A program made the translations under genes and the position numbers. The notes beneath the pieces were generated by a model. That model ran no database searches and was not told the DNA's origin. It saw only the letters and a program-made list of their open reading frames with translations. From Salinibacterium sp. (GTDB taxonomy: Bacteria > Actinomycetota > Actinomycetes > Actinomycetales > Microbacteriaceae), in the NCBI GenBank assembly GCA_004297555.1, contig SCSV01000081.1, positions 826 through 64,825 on the forward strand: 64,000 nucleotides of DNA. Reading direction: 5' to 3'. Shown piece after piece: positions 17,279-26,254 of this stretch; position 1 is the stretch's first letter; each line of letters starts with the position of its first letter.

Positions 17279-18584
17279 CCCCGACGGTACGGTAGTCGCC
17301 GGCGCCTGGATCGATACCGATCAGCGGAGAGACGAACGCGTTGCAGACACATCCGCTGAGGCAGCCCAAGCTGTGGTGCAGCTCCTTGCCGTGGCCGCAG
17401 CCAACACGTGCGCAGCGCTCGTCGTGCGGCTTGGTCTCCAAATCTGCAATGATGTGGCTCAGCACATCGAAATCCTCGAAATGGCACCTAGCACGGACGG
17501 GCCTCAGGCGTTTCGCTATGGCCTTGCGCTGCGCGAGGAGGATATCGTGATCGCTTTTTCTGACGTATTCTCGCCGGAAATCCTCGTACCGTTCGTGCTC
17601 TTCGCGCAGCTCTCCGAGTAGTTGCTGTATTCTTTTATCGCTGCCACGTAGTTGGGCCTTCATGTCCTCCAGCGCACGCTGCGAGGAGTTGACGTAGCGC
17701 TCACGCGATGCCACTGCCTCCTGCAAATCCTTCAGTTTTTTAACGATGAGACATGAGGGGCACGTGTTGACTGCTGGATAGCCAGGGGTAATGTCCACAC
17801 AGGGAAGGCCGTCGGGGTTGCGGTCTTCGGCAGAGCAGGTGGTCGGCTGTCTTTGCCAGCACGCGAGCGCCTGTTCGGCGACCATGGCGCGGTCGCGCCA
17901 GGTTTCTATGTCGGCACTGGCCTTCTCGGACATGTTGCCCTTGGCCATCGCCAGCTCGGCCTCGACGCGCTCTTGGCGCGCCTCGAGGCGTTTGCATCCC
18001 TCGCGCTCTGCGTCGAGTTCGGCGGTGAGGCCTTTGATCTCGGCGTCGCGCATGTCCACGTTTTTCTTGGCCCAGGCCTGTGTACGCCGTAGACCAGCCT
18101 GGAGGACCTCGACCAAGAGTTCGTACTCGCCAATGGTCTTGGGTTTGTCAACCATGGCTGGACCCGCAGTGGTCGCAGGGGGCGTCGGTTCTTGAGGCGC
18201 CACAGTTACGGCAGGCGTGGGAGTCGCCTGTGGGGGCTGATGGAGGAGGGGCCGGAGGAGGGACGTATCCGTCGAGTTGCATGTATCTCCTTTCGCCTTG
18301 GCGACGAGCTTGATCCATCGGTCGTATAGGTCACGCGTAGCATATACACGCCAGTTACCACCAATAAAGGATCGATGATGCTGGACGATCTTCTCGAGCG
18401 CATCGAGGAGATCCGGCGCGGCGGACACGAGTGCCGCGTTGGAGTTTGACTCACGAAGACCTTGCCAAACGAAGCCAACGCAGACCCCGTTAGGCGCAAG
18501 GATGGCGGCATCACCTGCCTCTGGGGCGCGAAACTGGTCTCCGTGGTCGATTACGTGGCTGTACCACGGTCCGGAGGTACTCAT
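17238..18584 (-). CDS. Composite phage protein (N-terminal AAPDLL domain, coiled coil)
   Basis: MSTSGPW...NAALVSAAPDLLDALE; long heptad region; (ES)5 tail. Confidence 0.6.
   Translation of the reverse strand: MSTSGPWYSHVIDHGDQFRAPEAGDAAILAPNGVCVGFVWQGLRESNSNAALVSAAPDLLDALEKIVQHHRSFIGGNWRVYATRDLYDRWIKLVAKAKGDTCNSTDTSLLRPLLHQPPQATPTPAVTVAPQEPTPPATTAGPAMVDKPKTIGEYELLVEVLQAGLRRTQAWAKKNVDMRDAEIKGLTAELDAEREGCKRLEARQERVEAELAMAKGNMSEKASADIETWRDRAMVAEQALACWQRQPTTCSAEDRNPDGLPCVDITPGYPAVNTCPSCLIVKKLKDLQEAVASRERYVNSSQRALEDMKAQLRGSDKRIQQLLGELREEHERYEDFRREYVRKSDHDILLAQRKAIAKRLRPVRARCHFEDFDVLSHIIADLETKPHDERCARVGCGHGKELHHSLGCLSGCVCNAFVSPLIGIDPGAGDYRTVGGASESESESESES
17242..17271. repeat. Hexanucleotide microsatellite (CTTTCA)5
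   Basis: Read directly from the sequence. Confidence 0.95.
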
Positions 18585-18823
18585 ACCGACCACTCGTCGA
18601 TCAGCTTCTGTAGCCGATCGCGCTCTTGTACATTGTGAATGAAGTCGGCGATCTCTAGGATTGCATCTGCCGGCAGGTACATTTGAGACATGATCGCGAC
18701 GCCAGAGGCCTTAGTTTTAGTCAGCACAACCTGGTCATCTTTGTGTAAGAGCGACGCCACAACCGACCAGTCGTCGTGCAGCGCGAATCGACCGCGAACG
18801 TAATACTGGAGATCACCCTTCAT
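18581..18823 (-). CDS. Hypothetical protein
   Basis: GGAG RBS; coupled ORF. Confidence 0.55.
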   Translation of the reverse strand: MKGDLQYYVRGRFALHDDWSVVASLLHKDDQVVLTKTKASGVAIMSQMYLPADAILEIADFIHNVQERDRLQKLIDEWSV

Positions 18824-19034
18824 TTGTGCTCTCCAGGTACTCGATCACTCGGAGATCGTCAGCAAATCGCATCAACGTGCTGAGAGGCATCGGCACGGAG
18901 TTAATGAGGTCTGGGAACACGGCGGGGCTCGCGGAGGCACGGTAACGCGTGAGAGTGACGTCGTCGCCGAGACCCTCCTGTGTCATCGAGATGGCCGTAC
19001 CATCCTCGAGGGTAGTCTTGCGGTGAACTCTCAC
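18813..19034 (-). CDS. Hypothetical protein
   Basis: GTGA-coupled start at 19034. Confidence 0.5.
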   Translation of the reverse strand: MRVHRKTTLEDGTAISMTQEGLGDDVTLTRYRASASPAVFPDLINSVPMPLSTLMRFADDLRVIEYLESTNEG

Positions 19035-19453
19035 TGACGCTCCGCCCTGTACTCGTAACCGTGCAAATCGAAGGCGGTAGTTGTAGTCCCGGCGGAGCTG
19101 AGCATGGCGTGCCCCTTGAGTCTGACGTAATCGGTCGGATGAAGATTGCGATGAACGAATGCTTGCTCGCATTTCATCCAGATCCAGTCGCCCCTCCAGC
19201 GGTACCACCAAGAGATGGAAGGAATGCTCGCGATGGCTGGTGGGGTGGGTGCTGGGGTGGGAGTGTTGGTGGGGATTGAGGAGTCTTGACTCTCAGGACA
19301 GCCATCGCGAGCTGAGAAGTAGTTGGCGAAGTAGATCAGGTCTGGCACGGTGATCAAGATGATGGAGGCGCCCTGCGTGAAGACGATACGACGATCGGAG
19401 ACGGAAGCGCGAACGGTGTCTACACCGGCGCCACGTTGTATCCACGCCGTCAC
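19031..19453 (-). CDS. Hypothetical protein with Pro/Thr linker
   Basis: Coupled ORF. Confidence 0.5.
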   Translation of the reverse strand: MTAWIQRGAGVDTVRASVSDRRIVFTQGASIILITVPDLIYFANYFSARDGCPESQDSSIPTNTPTPAPTPPAIASIPSISWWYRWRGDWIWMKCEQAFVHRNLHPTDYVRLKGHAMLSSAGTTTTAFDLHGYEYRAERQ

Positions 19454-19884
19454 GATCGCTCCTTCTTCGGCCTAGCCCGCTCGAGCTTCGCAAGACGCTT
19501 GATGTCGGCCATGGCGTCGTGGGTAGAGGAGAAAAAGTCCGGGACCTTACCTCTGAGCTCCGGGCACGAGGCAACCGTGATCAGCGCCCCGGCAAGCTCT
19601 GGGCCGAGATTGCCCTCGAGGGCGATGCCCGGCTCGCCAGCGAGAGCCACCGCCCAGCCGGCGCGACAGTGCGTCGAGCCGCACGAATACTTGTCGGATC
19701 CCCAACTGTCGTGCCATGAGCCCATGTCGAACCCGGCGCCACGCTTGAGCGCCGCGAGAATCTTGACGTTCAACTTGGGCACGACAGGGACCGTAGAAGC
19801 CAGGGCCTTGGTCAGCCGATCGGGATGCCAGTCAATGCCTCTGGGAACTTGCTTCACCACCGAAGCGATCTGCCTCTTGTTCAT
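19450..19884 (-). CDS. Conserved phage protein (domain usually C-terminal to pentapeptide repeats)
   Basis: FDMGSWH...CGSTHCRAGWAVALAGEPGIALE...VPDFFSSTHDAMADI. Confidence 0.65.
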   Translation of the reverse strand: MNKRQIASVVKQVPRGIDWHPDRLTKALASTVPVVPKLNVKILAALKRGAGFDMGSWHDSWGSDKYSCGSTHCRAGWAVALAGEPGIALEGNLGPELAGALITVASCPELRGKVPDFFSSTHDAMADIKRLAKLERARPKKERS

Positions 19885-20252
19885 GTCGTTTTGTCCTCCT
19901 GTGGTAAGAAGCACTGAGCGGCCGTAAAGGCGAGCGTCTCAGCGTAAAGGTTAGCATTGTAGCCAGCCAGCCGGGCCTCGGCCATCAGGGCGGTTGCCTT
20001 GGCCTGGAGGGCGTTGTCGACGTTGCTCATGAGTCGCGCAGCCCACGACATGTCTTTGGTATGTTCGCGGGCGTAGTCGGCAAGGTCGTCAGAGAACTTG
20101 CCGATCGGAAGACCGGAGAGACGCTTGAGCTCCCAATAGACGCGGATCATCTCGGCGGTCCCGGGGACGGACTGGAAGGACAGGGGGATTGGGTTAGCGT
20201 TGATCTGCTCGACCAGAGCGGCGGCGCGTACCACGAAGACGGAGCGTATCAA
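19881..20252 (-). CDS. Hypothetical protein
   Basis: Coupled ORF; start uncertain. Confidence 0.5.
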   Translation of the reverse strand: MIRSVFVVRAAALVEQINANPIPLSFQSVPGTAEMIRVYWELKRLSGLPIGKFSDDLADYAREHTKDMSWAARLMSNVDNALQAKATALMAEARLAGYNANLYAETLAFTAAQCFLPQEDKTT

Positions 20253-20322
20253 GTGCCGGTCCTCGGTGTCCTGGCCTCAGCGATCAGGTCTGGCCAGGAG
20301 GGGGCGGGGGTGCGGAAGAAGC

Positions 20323-20631
20323 TCATCGGAAGAGCACTCCAGACGCTATGGCAGCTATGGCGCCCAACAGAAGCGTTGCGACGACGATATAGGCAATCAT
20401 CAAGGAAGTGGGGATTTCCGCCGGCGGAGGCGGGGGCGGCGGAGACAGTTGGCGCTTGATCTCATCGATACTCTCGGCCTCGATGAGCGTCGCATGGTCG
20501 TGGTGGTATACGACGAACTTCGTCGGACCATCGCCCTGCCTGATGAAATGAATTGTCGTAGGGTCGACCAAGAGGTTCGAGCCGAGGCGAACGAGGGTAC
20601 GGCCGCTCACGGCGTCACCTTGTGGTTCCAC
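20323..20631 (-). CDS. Small protein with C-terminal TM helix
   Basis: Beta domain, poly-Pro linker, hydrophobic C-terminus. Confidence 0.55.
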   Translation of the reverse strand: MEPQGDAVSGRTLVRLGSNLLVDPTTIHFIRQGDGPTKFVVYHHDHATLIEAESIDEIKRQLSPPPPPPPAEIPTSLMIAYIVVATLLLGAIAAIASGVLFR

Positions 20632-20939
20632 GCGGCCGCGCCGCCGTGTAGGATCGCTGCGGCCCAGTAGAGGGCTCTGGCCGTCTTCGGGGAGCTGGGG
20701 TTGATGAGCTCGGCCAGGAGGACCAAGCCCAGGGAGGCCCCGAGCTGGTAGGCCACCGGAGAGGACGTCGAGGCGGCTACGGGGTTTCCCTCCTTGAGTC
20801 CTGCAGAGAGGCCTCGAGAGGTCGTCAGGGTGTCGGCGGCCACGGAGAGGACGAAGGCGACGCGTGGGGCCGCCGAAGAGGAGCAGGCAGCGGACGAGAG
20901 AAGGGAGATGGAAAGGAGGAGGGGGAGGGCGCGTCTCAT
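20607..20939 (-). CDS. Membrane lipoprotein-like protein (DUF5658-like E-x-NP motif)
   Basis: MRRALPLLLSISLLSSAA-C; ADTLTT...KEGNPV. Confidence 0.55.
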   Translation of the reverse strand: MRRALPLLLSISLLSSAACSSSAAPRVAFVLSVAADTLTTSRGLSAGLKEGNPVAASTSSPVAYQLGASLGLVLLAELINPSSPKTARALYWAAAILHGGAAAWNHKVTP

Positions 20940-21595
20940 GCGATGTAGCCGGCGCAGTTACAGTCAGGTTGGGAGCACCGCGGAGCGCGCGGGTCGGGGT
21001 CGAACGTCACGCGGTGGGCGAATCGAGAATGCTCGCAAGAACGGCAGGCGGTCGAGGCGGAGGGCGTGAAATAGAAACCCCGGCAATCGCAGCCGAAATA
21101 GGTGCATAATTCGGGCGTCTCATCCTTGGGGTCGCCCTGTGTCTTAGCAACCTTAGCAACCTCCAGACTGTCCTCCAGGCTATCGATGCGACTCTCGAGG
21201 TCCTCGATCTCGTCCAGCAGGGCGCAGACGGAGGCGCGCCGATCGCTAGAATGTGGCTGGAAGTGGGTGTTGAGCTGGTGCGTGGCGCTATCGCGGGCGA
21301 TACGGAGAAAGCCGAGTACCTTGTCGACGTTGAGCTGTATGGGTGGGTCGGGGGCCGGTGCCGGGTCGGGGGCCGTGGTAGATACCGAGGCGGTGGCCTC
21401 GCGCAGGGCGTCGGCCGCGGCGAGGAAGGACTCGCGAGGGACGCTCATCGCCACGATCACGTCGCGGTGAGGGTGCTCCTGGCCGTGCGTCACGATGGCG
21501 CAGGTCACGAGGGAGACGGGGTATGGCTGGACCACCTCGAAGAAGCGATCTGGGCCAGGGCCTGGGGCGTAGAAGCGGAAGGGGTGGGTGCTCAT
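20936..21595 (-). CDS. Hypothetical protein with two C-terminal Zn-binding repeats
   Basis: CTYFGCDCRGF...CRSCEH; CSQPDCNCAGY. Confidence 0.55.
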   Translation of the reverse strand: MSTHPFRFYAPGPGPDRFFEVVQPYPVSLVTCAIVTHGQEHPHRDVIVAMSVPRESFLAAADALREATASVSTTAPDPAPAPDPPIQLNVDKVLGFLRIARDSATHQLNTHFQPHSSDRRASVCALLDEIEDLESRIDSLEDSLEVAKVAKTQGDPKDETPELCTYFGCDCRGFYFTPSASTACRSCEHSRFAHRVTFDPDPRAPRCSQPDCNCAGYIA

Positions 21596-21903
21596 CGCTG
21601 GTGCCTCGGGTTGACGCAGGCGCCACCCGGGCCGCTGTAGTCGCACGGGTCAGCCACGTTTGGGAGCTGGACGCTAACCAGGAGACGAAGATGGCGGGTC
21701 TCTTGGTTGAGGGGGGAAGGAGCAACCAGCATGATCGTACCGTCGTCCGGAGTTGGGTTCCTGGCTACGAAGTCAATCTCGGTCCCCGGAACACGAATCC
21801 ACAGCGGAGCATCAGCGGACACCTTCAGGCCGCGACGCAGTAGGTCGATCTCTCCCCGGCTGGCTCGCGGATCTAGGGAGACGGGTGGAATGGCGGCAAT
21901 CAT
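21592..21903 (-). CDS. Hypothetical protein
   Basis: Coupled ORF. Confidence 0.45.
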   Translation of the reverse strand: MIAAIPPVSLDPRASRGEIDLLRRGLKVSADAPLWIRVPGTEIDFVARNPTPDDGTIMLVAPSPLNQETRHLRLLVSVQLPNVADPCDYSGPGGACVNPRHQR

Positions 21904-22160
21904 CGGTGACTGGCTCTCCTTTCGCGGCAGATGTAGCAAAGGTCAATGTCGGTCGTGTCGCGGGTGAGTGGTGACGGGTGGGCGATAATGTGCGCGTAGT
22001 GATTGGCGACGCGGAGCTCGTGAAGGATCAGCTCGAGGTTGGAGTGGACGGGGGCCGAGGCCTCGTCGCGCGCGATGCGGTGGGCGGGGTCGTTGCTAAC
22101 CTGAGCCTGCCACGCATCGAGCGCTTTCCACGCTTCCTCGTCGGGGTCGGGGCGGCTCAC
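21900..22160 (-). CDS. Hypothetical protein
   Basis: Coupled ORF. Confidence 0.5.
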   Translation of the reverse strand: MSRPDPDEEAWKALDAWQAQVSNDPAHRIARDEASAPVHSNLELILHELRVANHYAHIIAHPSPLTRDTTDIDLCYICRERRASHR

Positions 22161-22636
22161 CCTGACACCTCGGGGTAATCGGACAACTTGTAAGCTGGGT
22201 CGTTGTACCAGAACACCTGGTAGGTCACCTCATCGTCAAGGATTGCCTGCTCGAGAGTCTTGTACGGACCGTCGGCGGTAGAGTTGAACCTCTCGGCGAC
22301 AGGATCGGTCGTCAGCAGCTTGGACAGCGGAAGACGCAGCGAGAAGCGTGTGTCCTTGCGGTTCGCGGTCGAGACGCGAAAGACGACCATGGTGTCGCGT
22401 AGGAGAGGGAAGTTCGGATTGTTGTCCAGGAAGGCCTTCTCGCGGTCGTGGAGGTCGGCCAGCTCGTCCGTGAGGCGCATGAGATGCTCGCGCTCCATCT
22501 GATACATCGGACGCCCCTGTGATCTAAACTTGTCCATGGCGTCTATGATCCCCTGGCTCACCGTCTGCATGCAGAAGCGAATGGCGGCGAGAGCCGGGGG
22601 GTCGCTGGTGGGGTCGTCAATGGTCATCGTGCGCAC
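22157..22636 (-). CDS. Hypothetical protein
   Basis: Coupled ORF. Confidence 0.55.
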   Translation of the reverse strand: MRTMTIDDPTSDPPALAAIRFCMQTVSQGIIDAMDKFRSQGRPMYQMEREHLMRLTDELADLHDREKAFLDNNPNFPLLRDTMVVFRVSTANRKDTRFSLRLPLSKLLTTDPVAERFNSTADGPYKTLEQAILDDEVTYQVFWYNDPAYKLSDYPEVSG

Positions 22637-22959
22637 CTCGGAAGAAAGTTGTTGAGTAGGGCGTTGGTCGTGCGGTCGAAGTGAATCTTGATGCCGAACA
22701 CGTCGTGCGTGAAGTCAAAGTCGTCGGCGCGCAAGAGGCGCTCCAGGTTGAGCTGGGGACAATTGGGGCTCGTGTGGTAGCTCGTTAGGATGTAGGTCAG
22801 GGCCACCGAGTCGTACTGAGGGATGTTGTCGGTGGGCGGAACGACCGCCTCGGCCATGGCCTTTGCGCGCAGAACGATCTTGGCGATGAGGCGCGCGTCC
22901 TCGGCCGGGACGTAGGCTGGGCGGGGACGAGGGGAGCGTGGATGAGGAGGTGTTGTCAT
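22624..22959 (-). CDS. DUF6874-like phage protein
   Basis: LNLERLLRADDFDFTHDVFGIKIHFDRTTNALLNNFLPRC. Confidence 0.7.
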   Translation of the reverse strand: MTTPPHPRSPRPRPAYVPAEDARLIAKIVLRAKAMAEAVVPPTDNIPQYDSVALTYILTSYHTSPNCPQLNLERLLRADDFDFTHDVFGIKIHFDRTTNALLNNFLPRCAR

Positions 22960-23312
22960 GGTCTTGTCCAGATCCTTTTGATTGGCTGGTGAGGGACCTG
23001 CCTGGTGTCAATCACGTCGACATACAACGGCGACACCCACATGTAGACGAAAGACGGGAACGGAGGGCAGGTCGCTAGAAGACCGACGTCGTTGGCTATG
23101 TTGGCCAGTAGCTCAACTGGCTCATAGTTGGTACGCAAGAAAATGACGTGGACGGTGTCTGAGTAGAGCTGGAGCGCCTGGGTTATTGACAAGTAGAGGT
23201 GGTTGCGAAAGTCGAGCACGAGAGGGGCGTGGTCGGTGTCGGAGCGAATGGCGTCGGCCCACCAGTTGGCCGCGGCGTTGGCGGCCTCGGCGGCGAAGAG
23301 AGAGGTACTCAT
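22956..23312 (-). CDS. Conserved phage hypothetical protein
   Basis: AANAAANWWADAI...TNYEPVELL...FPSFVYMWV pattern. Confidence 0.6.
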   Translation of the reverse strand: MSTSLFAAEAANAAANWWADAIRSDTDHAPLVLDFRNHLYLSITQALQLYSDTVHVIFLRTNYEPVELLANIANDVGLLATCPPFPSFVYMWVSPLYVDVIDTRQVPHQPIKRIWTRP

Positions 23313-23662
23313 CGGCGGACCCTCCCACCGAGGGTGGCCTTGGCCTCAGCAATGCGCTCGAGCGTCATGTCGTCAGGCGGGTGAGTCCGGCCCATGTACA
23401 GGGCGAGCTCCACCCAGTCCGACAAGACGGTTAGCGCGTACTGGTAGGCTGACCGGCTTGACCACAGCTTGCCGTTCCCGTGCTCGGCCAGCATTGTCTT
23501 GACGCTGAAGCGACCCAGTGGAGTTGAGACTGGAGAGGAGTCCCATTCCGGCGCGGACGTAACCGTCAGCCACTTGCGACCGACGGTCCAGACGATCACA
23601 TCGCGCCCTGAGCCGAGACGTGACTCGAACCACAACCTTTGCCCAACGACAGGCTTGCTCAT
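23309..23662 (-). CDS. Small beta-barrel phage protein
   Basis: PVVGQRLWF...VWTVGRKWLTV; coupled start. Confidence 0.6.
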   Translation of the reverse strand: MSKPVVGQRLWFESRLGSGRDVIVWTVGRKWLTVTSAPEWDSSPVSTPLGRFSVKTMLAEHGNGKLWSSRSAYQYALTVLSDWVELALYMGRTHPPDDMTLERIAEAKATLGGRVRR

Positions 23663-23973
23663 ATGTGGCAGTCCACCACGGTCAGCCACGAGTCGGCCGG
23701 GAGGGCCTGGATGGCCGCGTTGACCTGGGCCTGCCAGGCGTCAGGGTCGGCCGGGCTGGACACGGCACCCCACCAGCCCATCTTGCCTCGCTCGACCCAC
23801 TGGCCGTCGTGCAGGATGGCGAAGCAGGTAACGGCACGCTCGCTGGCGCGGGCGATCACCTGGTCGCGGGTGAGCGAGGCGAGGTTGAGGGTGGCCTCAG
23901 GGAGACGGTTCGTACGGACGGCCTCGAGAAGGTCGATCATGACTTGCGTATCGCCTTCATCAGGTAGGCGCAC
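23659..23973 (-). CDS. Conserved phage protein (VVDCHI C-terminus)
   Basis: FAILHDGQWVERGKMGWWG...LPADSWLTVVDCHI. Confidence 0.65.
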   Translation of the reverse strand: MRLPDEGDTQVMIDLLEAVRTNRLPEATLNLASLTRDQVIARASERAVTCFAILHDGQWVERGKMGWWGAVSSPADPDAWQAQVNAAIQALPADSWLTVVDCHI

Positions 23974-24336
23974 ACGGTGAGCGCGCCGGGGCTGGTGCCA
24001 GCCATGAGTATCGCCGCGTCCCTGGTTGACATTGTTAGGTTCGTCAATCTTTGAATTTGAAACCTCCTAATCCTAAAAGGGTAAAAGGGAAAATGGGTGA
24101 GGGAGGGACACTGTATACCTCGCAAGGCCGATGCCATTCCGAGAGACCGAGGCCACCGGGGAGGGTCACCGCTTGACCCTCCGTCCGCTTCGGGTGACGC
24201 TACTCTTCGCGTCGTCGCTGTTGCGCCTTGCGGTACCGCTCCGACCCGGCTCGGGACACGGTTCACCGGTTCGCTTGTTGCTTGTCATTGTCGTTTCCCC
24301 CATGTCCCAAACATAGGCGGCCCCCTGGGTCAATAT

Positions 24337-24624
24337 CTACACCTTTGCCACTTTTCTTGATCTTTTTTTAGGGGTCAACGGTCGACCCGCCTCGATGTCA
24401 TCGGCGACACGACGAAGGTCGTCAGCTGCTCGCGAGTGAGCAAGAGCGAGTCGCGCATCAATCACGGCAATCGCCGTCCGCGCGTCGCTCCATGTCGACC
24501 CCTCCGGATACTTGGACGCGCGCAGCACGTAGGCTCGCGCGCTTTTGCGTAGTCTGATCTCAGCGCTCACGTGGTCCGCTGCTACCGCTCGCAACCAGGA
24601 CGCGACCTGATCCCGCTCGGTCAT
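24337..24624 (-). CDS. Early hypothetical protein
   Basis: Last gene of a coupled operon from the 26.05 kb promoter. Confidence 0.55.
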   Translation of the reverse strand: MTERDQVASWLRAVAADHVSAEIRLRKSARAYVLRASKYPEGSTWSDARTAIAVIDARLALAHSRAADDLRRVADDIEAGRPLTPKKRSRKVAKV

Positions 24625-24800
24625 GCGCCTATCGTCCGTCGGACGTACTCGCGCACGATTGCTCGATCACGCTCGGTCACTTCGACGACGACGACCCGCG
24701 CCGTCGTCGCGCGCAGTCGCTCGCGCGCAAGACGGAGTCGCTCCACCCGTCGCTCGTCTTGACGGTCGCGCTCTCGCGCGAGCCACTCGCTGTCACTCAT
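24621..24800 (-). CDS. Early hypothetical Arg/Glu-rich protein
   Basis: AGGAG RBS; coupled ORF. Confidence 0.5.
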   Translation of the reverse strand: MSDSEWLARERDRQDERRVERLRLARERLRATTARVVVVEVTERDRAIVREYVRRTIGA

Positions 24801-25057
24801 CTCGTCCTCTCCTCTCTTCGTTCCTTCCACGCTTCCACGGCTCTATCGAGCCATGACCTGACCCTCTCCTCGTCGCTCACTCTCCAATGCTGCTCGTCCG
24901 CTCCACGCTCGATGCGTCCGTCTCGCTCTAGCCTCAGTAGTGTCGCCTCGATCTCGCTCGGGCTCGCGCCCGTGATCTCTACCAGGTACCAGGTCGAGCA
25001 CGTCCCACGACCCGCCTCGATCTCCGACAGGACGCGAGCGACGAGAGGACGCGTCAC
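24797..25057 (-). CDS. Early winged-helix-like protein
   Basis: STWYLVEITGASPSEIEATLLRLERDGRIERG...HWRV. Confidence 0.55.
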   Translation of the reverse strand: MTRPLVARVLSEIEAGRGTCSTWYLVEITGASPSEIEATLLRLERDGRIERGADEQHWRVSDEERVRSWLDRAVEAWKERREERTR

Positions 25058-25843
25058 CTAATCTCTCGTCTCTTCGCTGGCCCGCACGGTCGCTCGACGC
25101 CCGACGATGAGTCGCTCGCGCGGACCCGGTGTGCGCATCGCCGCATGCGTTGCGTGCGTCACGACGCCATCGATCACGACGTGTCCAGCCGGTAGCGTCT
25201 CGCTCCGTCCGCCCCCGCTTACGAGCGCGACGTCACCCTGACGCTCGATAATAGCGTTCTCGCGTCCGCGCCAAATCCAAGAGACCGCCTCTCGTACCGT
25301 CACACACTTGACCGACACGGCATGCGCGAACCAAGTACCGGTCTCGTTGCGTCCGATCAGGTACCGTGTCGCCACGCTCGACGGGCCCCACTTGCACGAG
25401 CGTGCGTACCGCCTCGTCCGTCTCACCTCGACGAGCGCTAGCCCAGCTCTCCCCTTGTCAAGGTACGGTGACAGCACACTCACCGTCGGGCCAACGTAGT
25501 CCAGACCGTAGGTCGTGAGATAGTCGCCTCGTGTCGACCCGTGCTCGTCGTAGAGCATCCCGGCGTGCGTGGTCATGGCGCGCGCCTTGTCGCGTCGGCG
25601 TTGATCGCTCCAATACGTCCCTACCCGCGGGTCGCGCTCGGGCCTCGGCCCGAGAAACGTGCGCATGAAGCGCACGCGGTCGAGCGCGGACGCGCGCTGG
25701 TACGCCGCCTCGAGACGGGCCCTGCGCTCGACGTTCCCACGGCGCCCGCGCTCGGCCTCGACGCGTCGAGCGAGCGGGACGAGCGAGCGCACCGCAAGGC
25801 CTTGCGCGCGAGCCAGGGCGGAGGACGTCAGGGCCGCGCTCAC
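25058..25843 (-). CDS. Early protein with RQGD...H...H C-terminal motif
   Basis: IERQGDVALV...GHVV...THATH; GTGA-coupled start. Confidence 0.55.
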   Translation of the reverse strand: MSAALTSSALARAQGLAVRSLVPLARRVEAERGRRGNVERRARLEAAYQRASALDRVRFMRTFLGPRPERDPRVGTYWSDQRRRDKARAMTTHAGMLYDEHGSTRGDYLTTYGLDYVGPTVSVLSPYLDKGRAGLALVEVRRTRRYARSCKWGPSSVATRYLIGRNETGTWFAHAVSVKCVTVREAVSWIWRGRENAIIERQGDVALVSGGGRSETLPAGHVVIDGVVTHATHAAMRTPGPRERLIVGRRATVRASEETRD

Positions 25844-26025
25844 TTGCTCACCTCCGTCACCCTGATCTCGCTCTCCGCGTATCCGCAAAAAGCGATAACC
25901 CCGCGGCGCTCGCGGTCCGCCTCTTCGCGCGTGGCGAATTGGTCGGAGCCAAGAGCAAGCCAGCGGGGAGATCCGTCAGGCATCTTCTCCAGAGTTTCGA
26001 GCTCGTACATGTTCGCGTTCTCCAT
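25840..26025 (-). CDS. Early hypothetical protein (first gene after promoter)
   Basis: ATG at 26025 sits 5 nt after the -10 box; alternative ATG at 26010. Confidence 0.55.
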   Translation of the reverse strand: MENANMYELETLEKMPDGSPRWLALGSDQFATREEADRERRGVIAFCGYAESEIRVTEVSK

Positions 26026-26030
26026 ACCAC

Positions 26031-26080
26031 AATCTAGGGCCCGCTTCGGCACGTGTCAAGAGGTTTTCTCTACTATTTCA
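26031..26080 (-). promoter_or_regulatory. Early promoter (family member)
   Basis: TGAAATAGTAGAGAAAACCTC-TTGACA (26054-26059), 17 bp, TAGATT (26031-26036). Confidence 0.8.
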
Positions 26081-26111
26081 CGCTCTCGCGCGGTCGAAAG
26101 AGCGAGTGACT

Positions 26112-26254
26112 GACAAAAATTGTCTGCCAAATCGGCGCGGGCTGTCTCCCTCCAACTATTTGGACCTCCAAGAGCCAAAACCGACAATTTTTGTCACTTT
26201 TCCGACAATTTTTGTCGCTTCGACCTACAATTTTTGTCAGTGTGACATCTTGTC
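26112..26254. repeat. Array of GACA-N5-TGTC sites (iteron/operator-like)
   Basis: GACAAAAATTGTC 26112; GACAATTTTTGTC 26183 and 26204; TACAATTTTTGTC 26226; variant GACATCTTGTC 26244. Confidence 0.85.

Noticed and set aside
24026-24047. TTGAC...GTCAA inverted pairs here and at 30329-30348 as a shared operator
   Set aside because: Internal spacing differs (12 vs 10 bp) and there is no further shared sequence.
24309-24335. TTGACC...TATGTT as a minus-strand promoter
   Set aside because: The spacer is only 12 bp.
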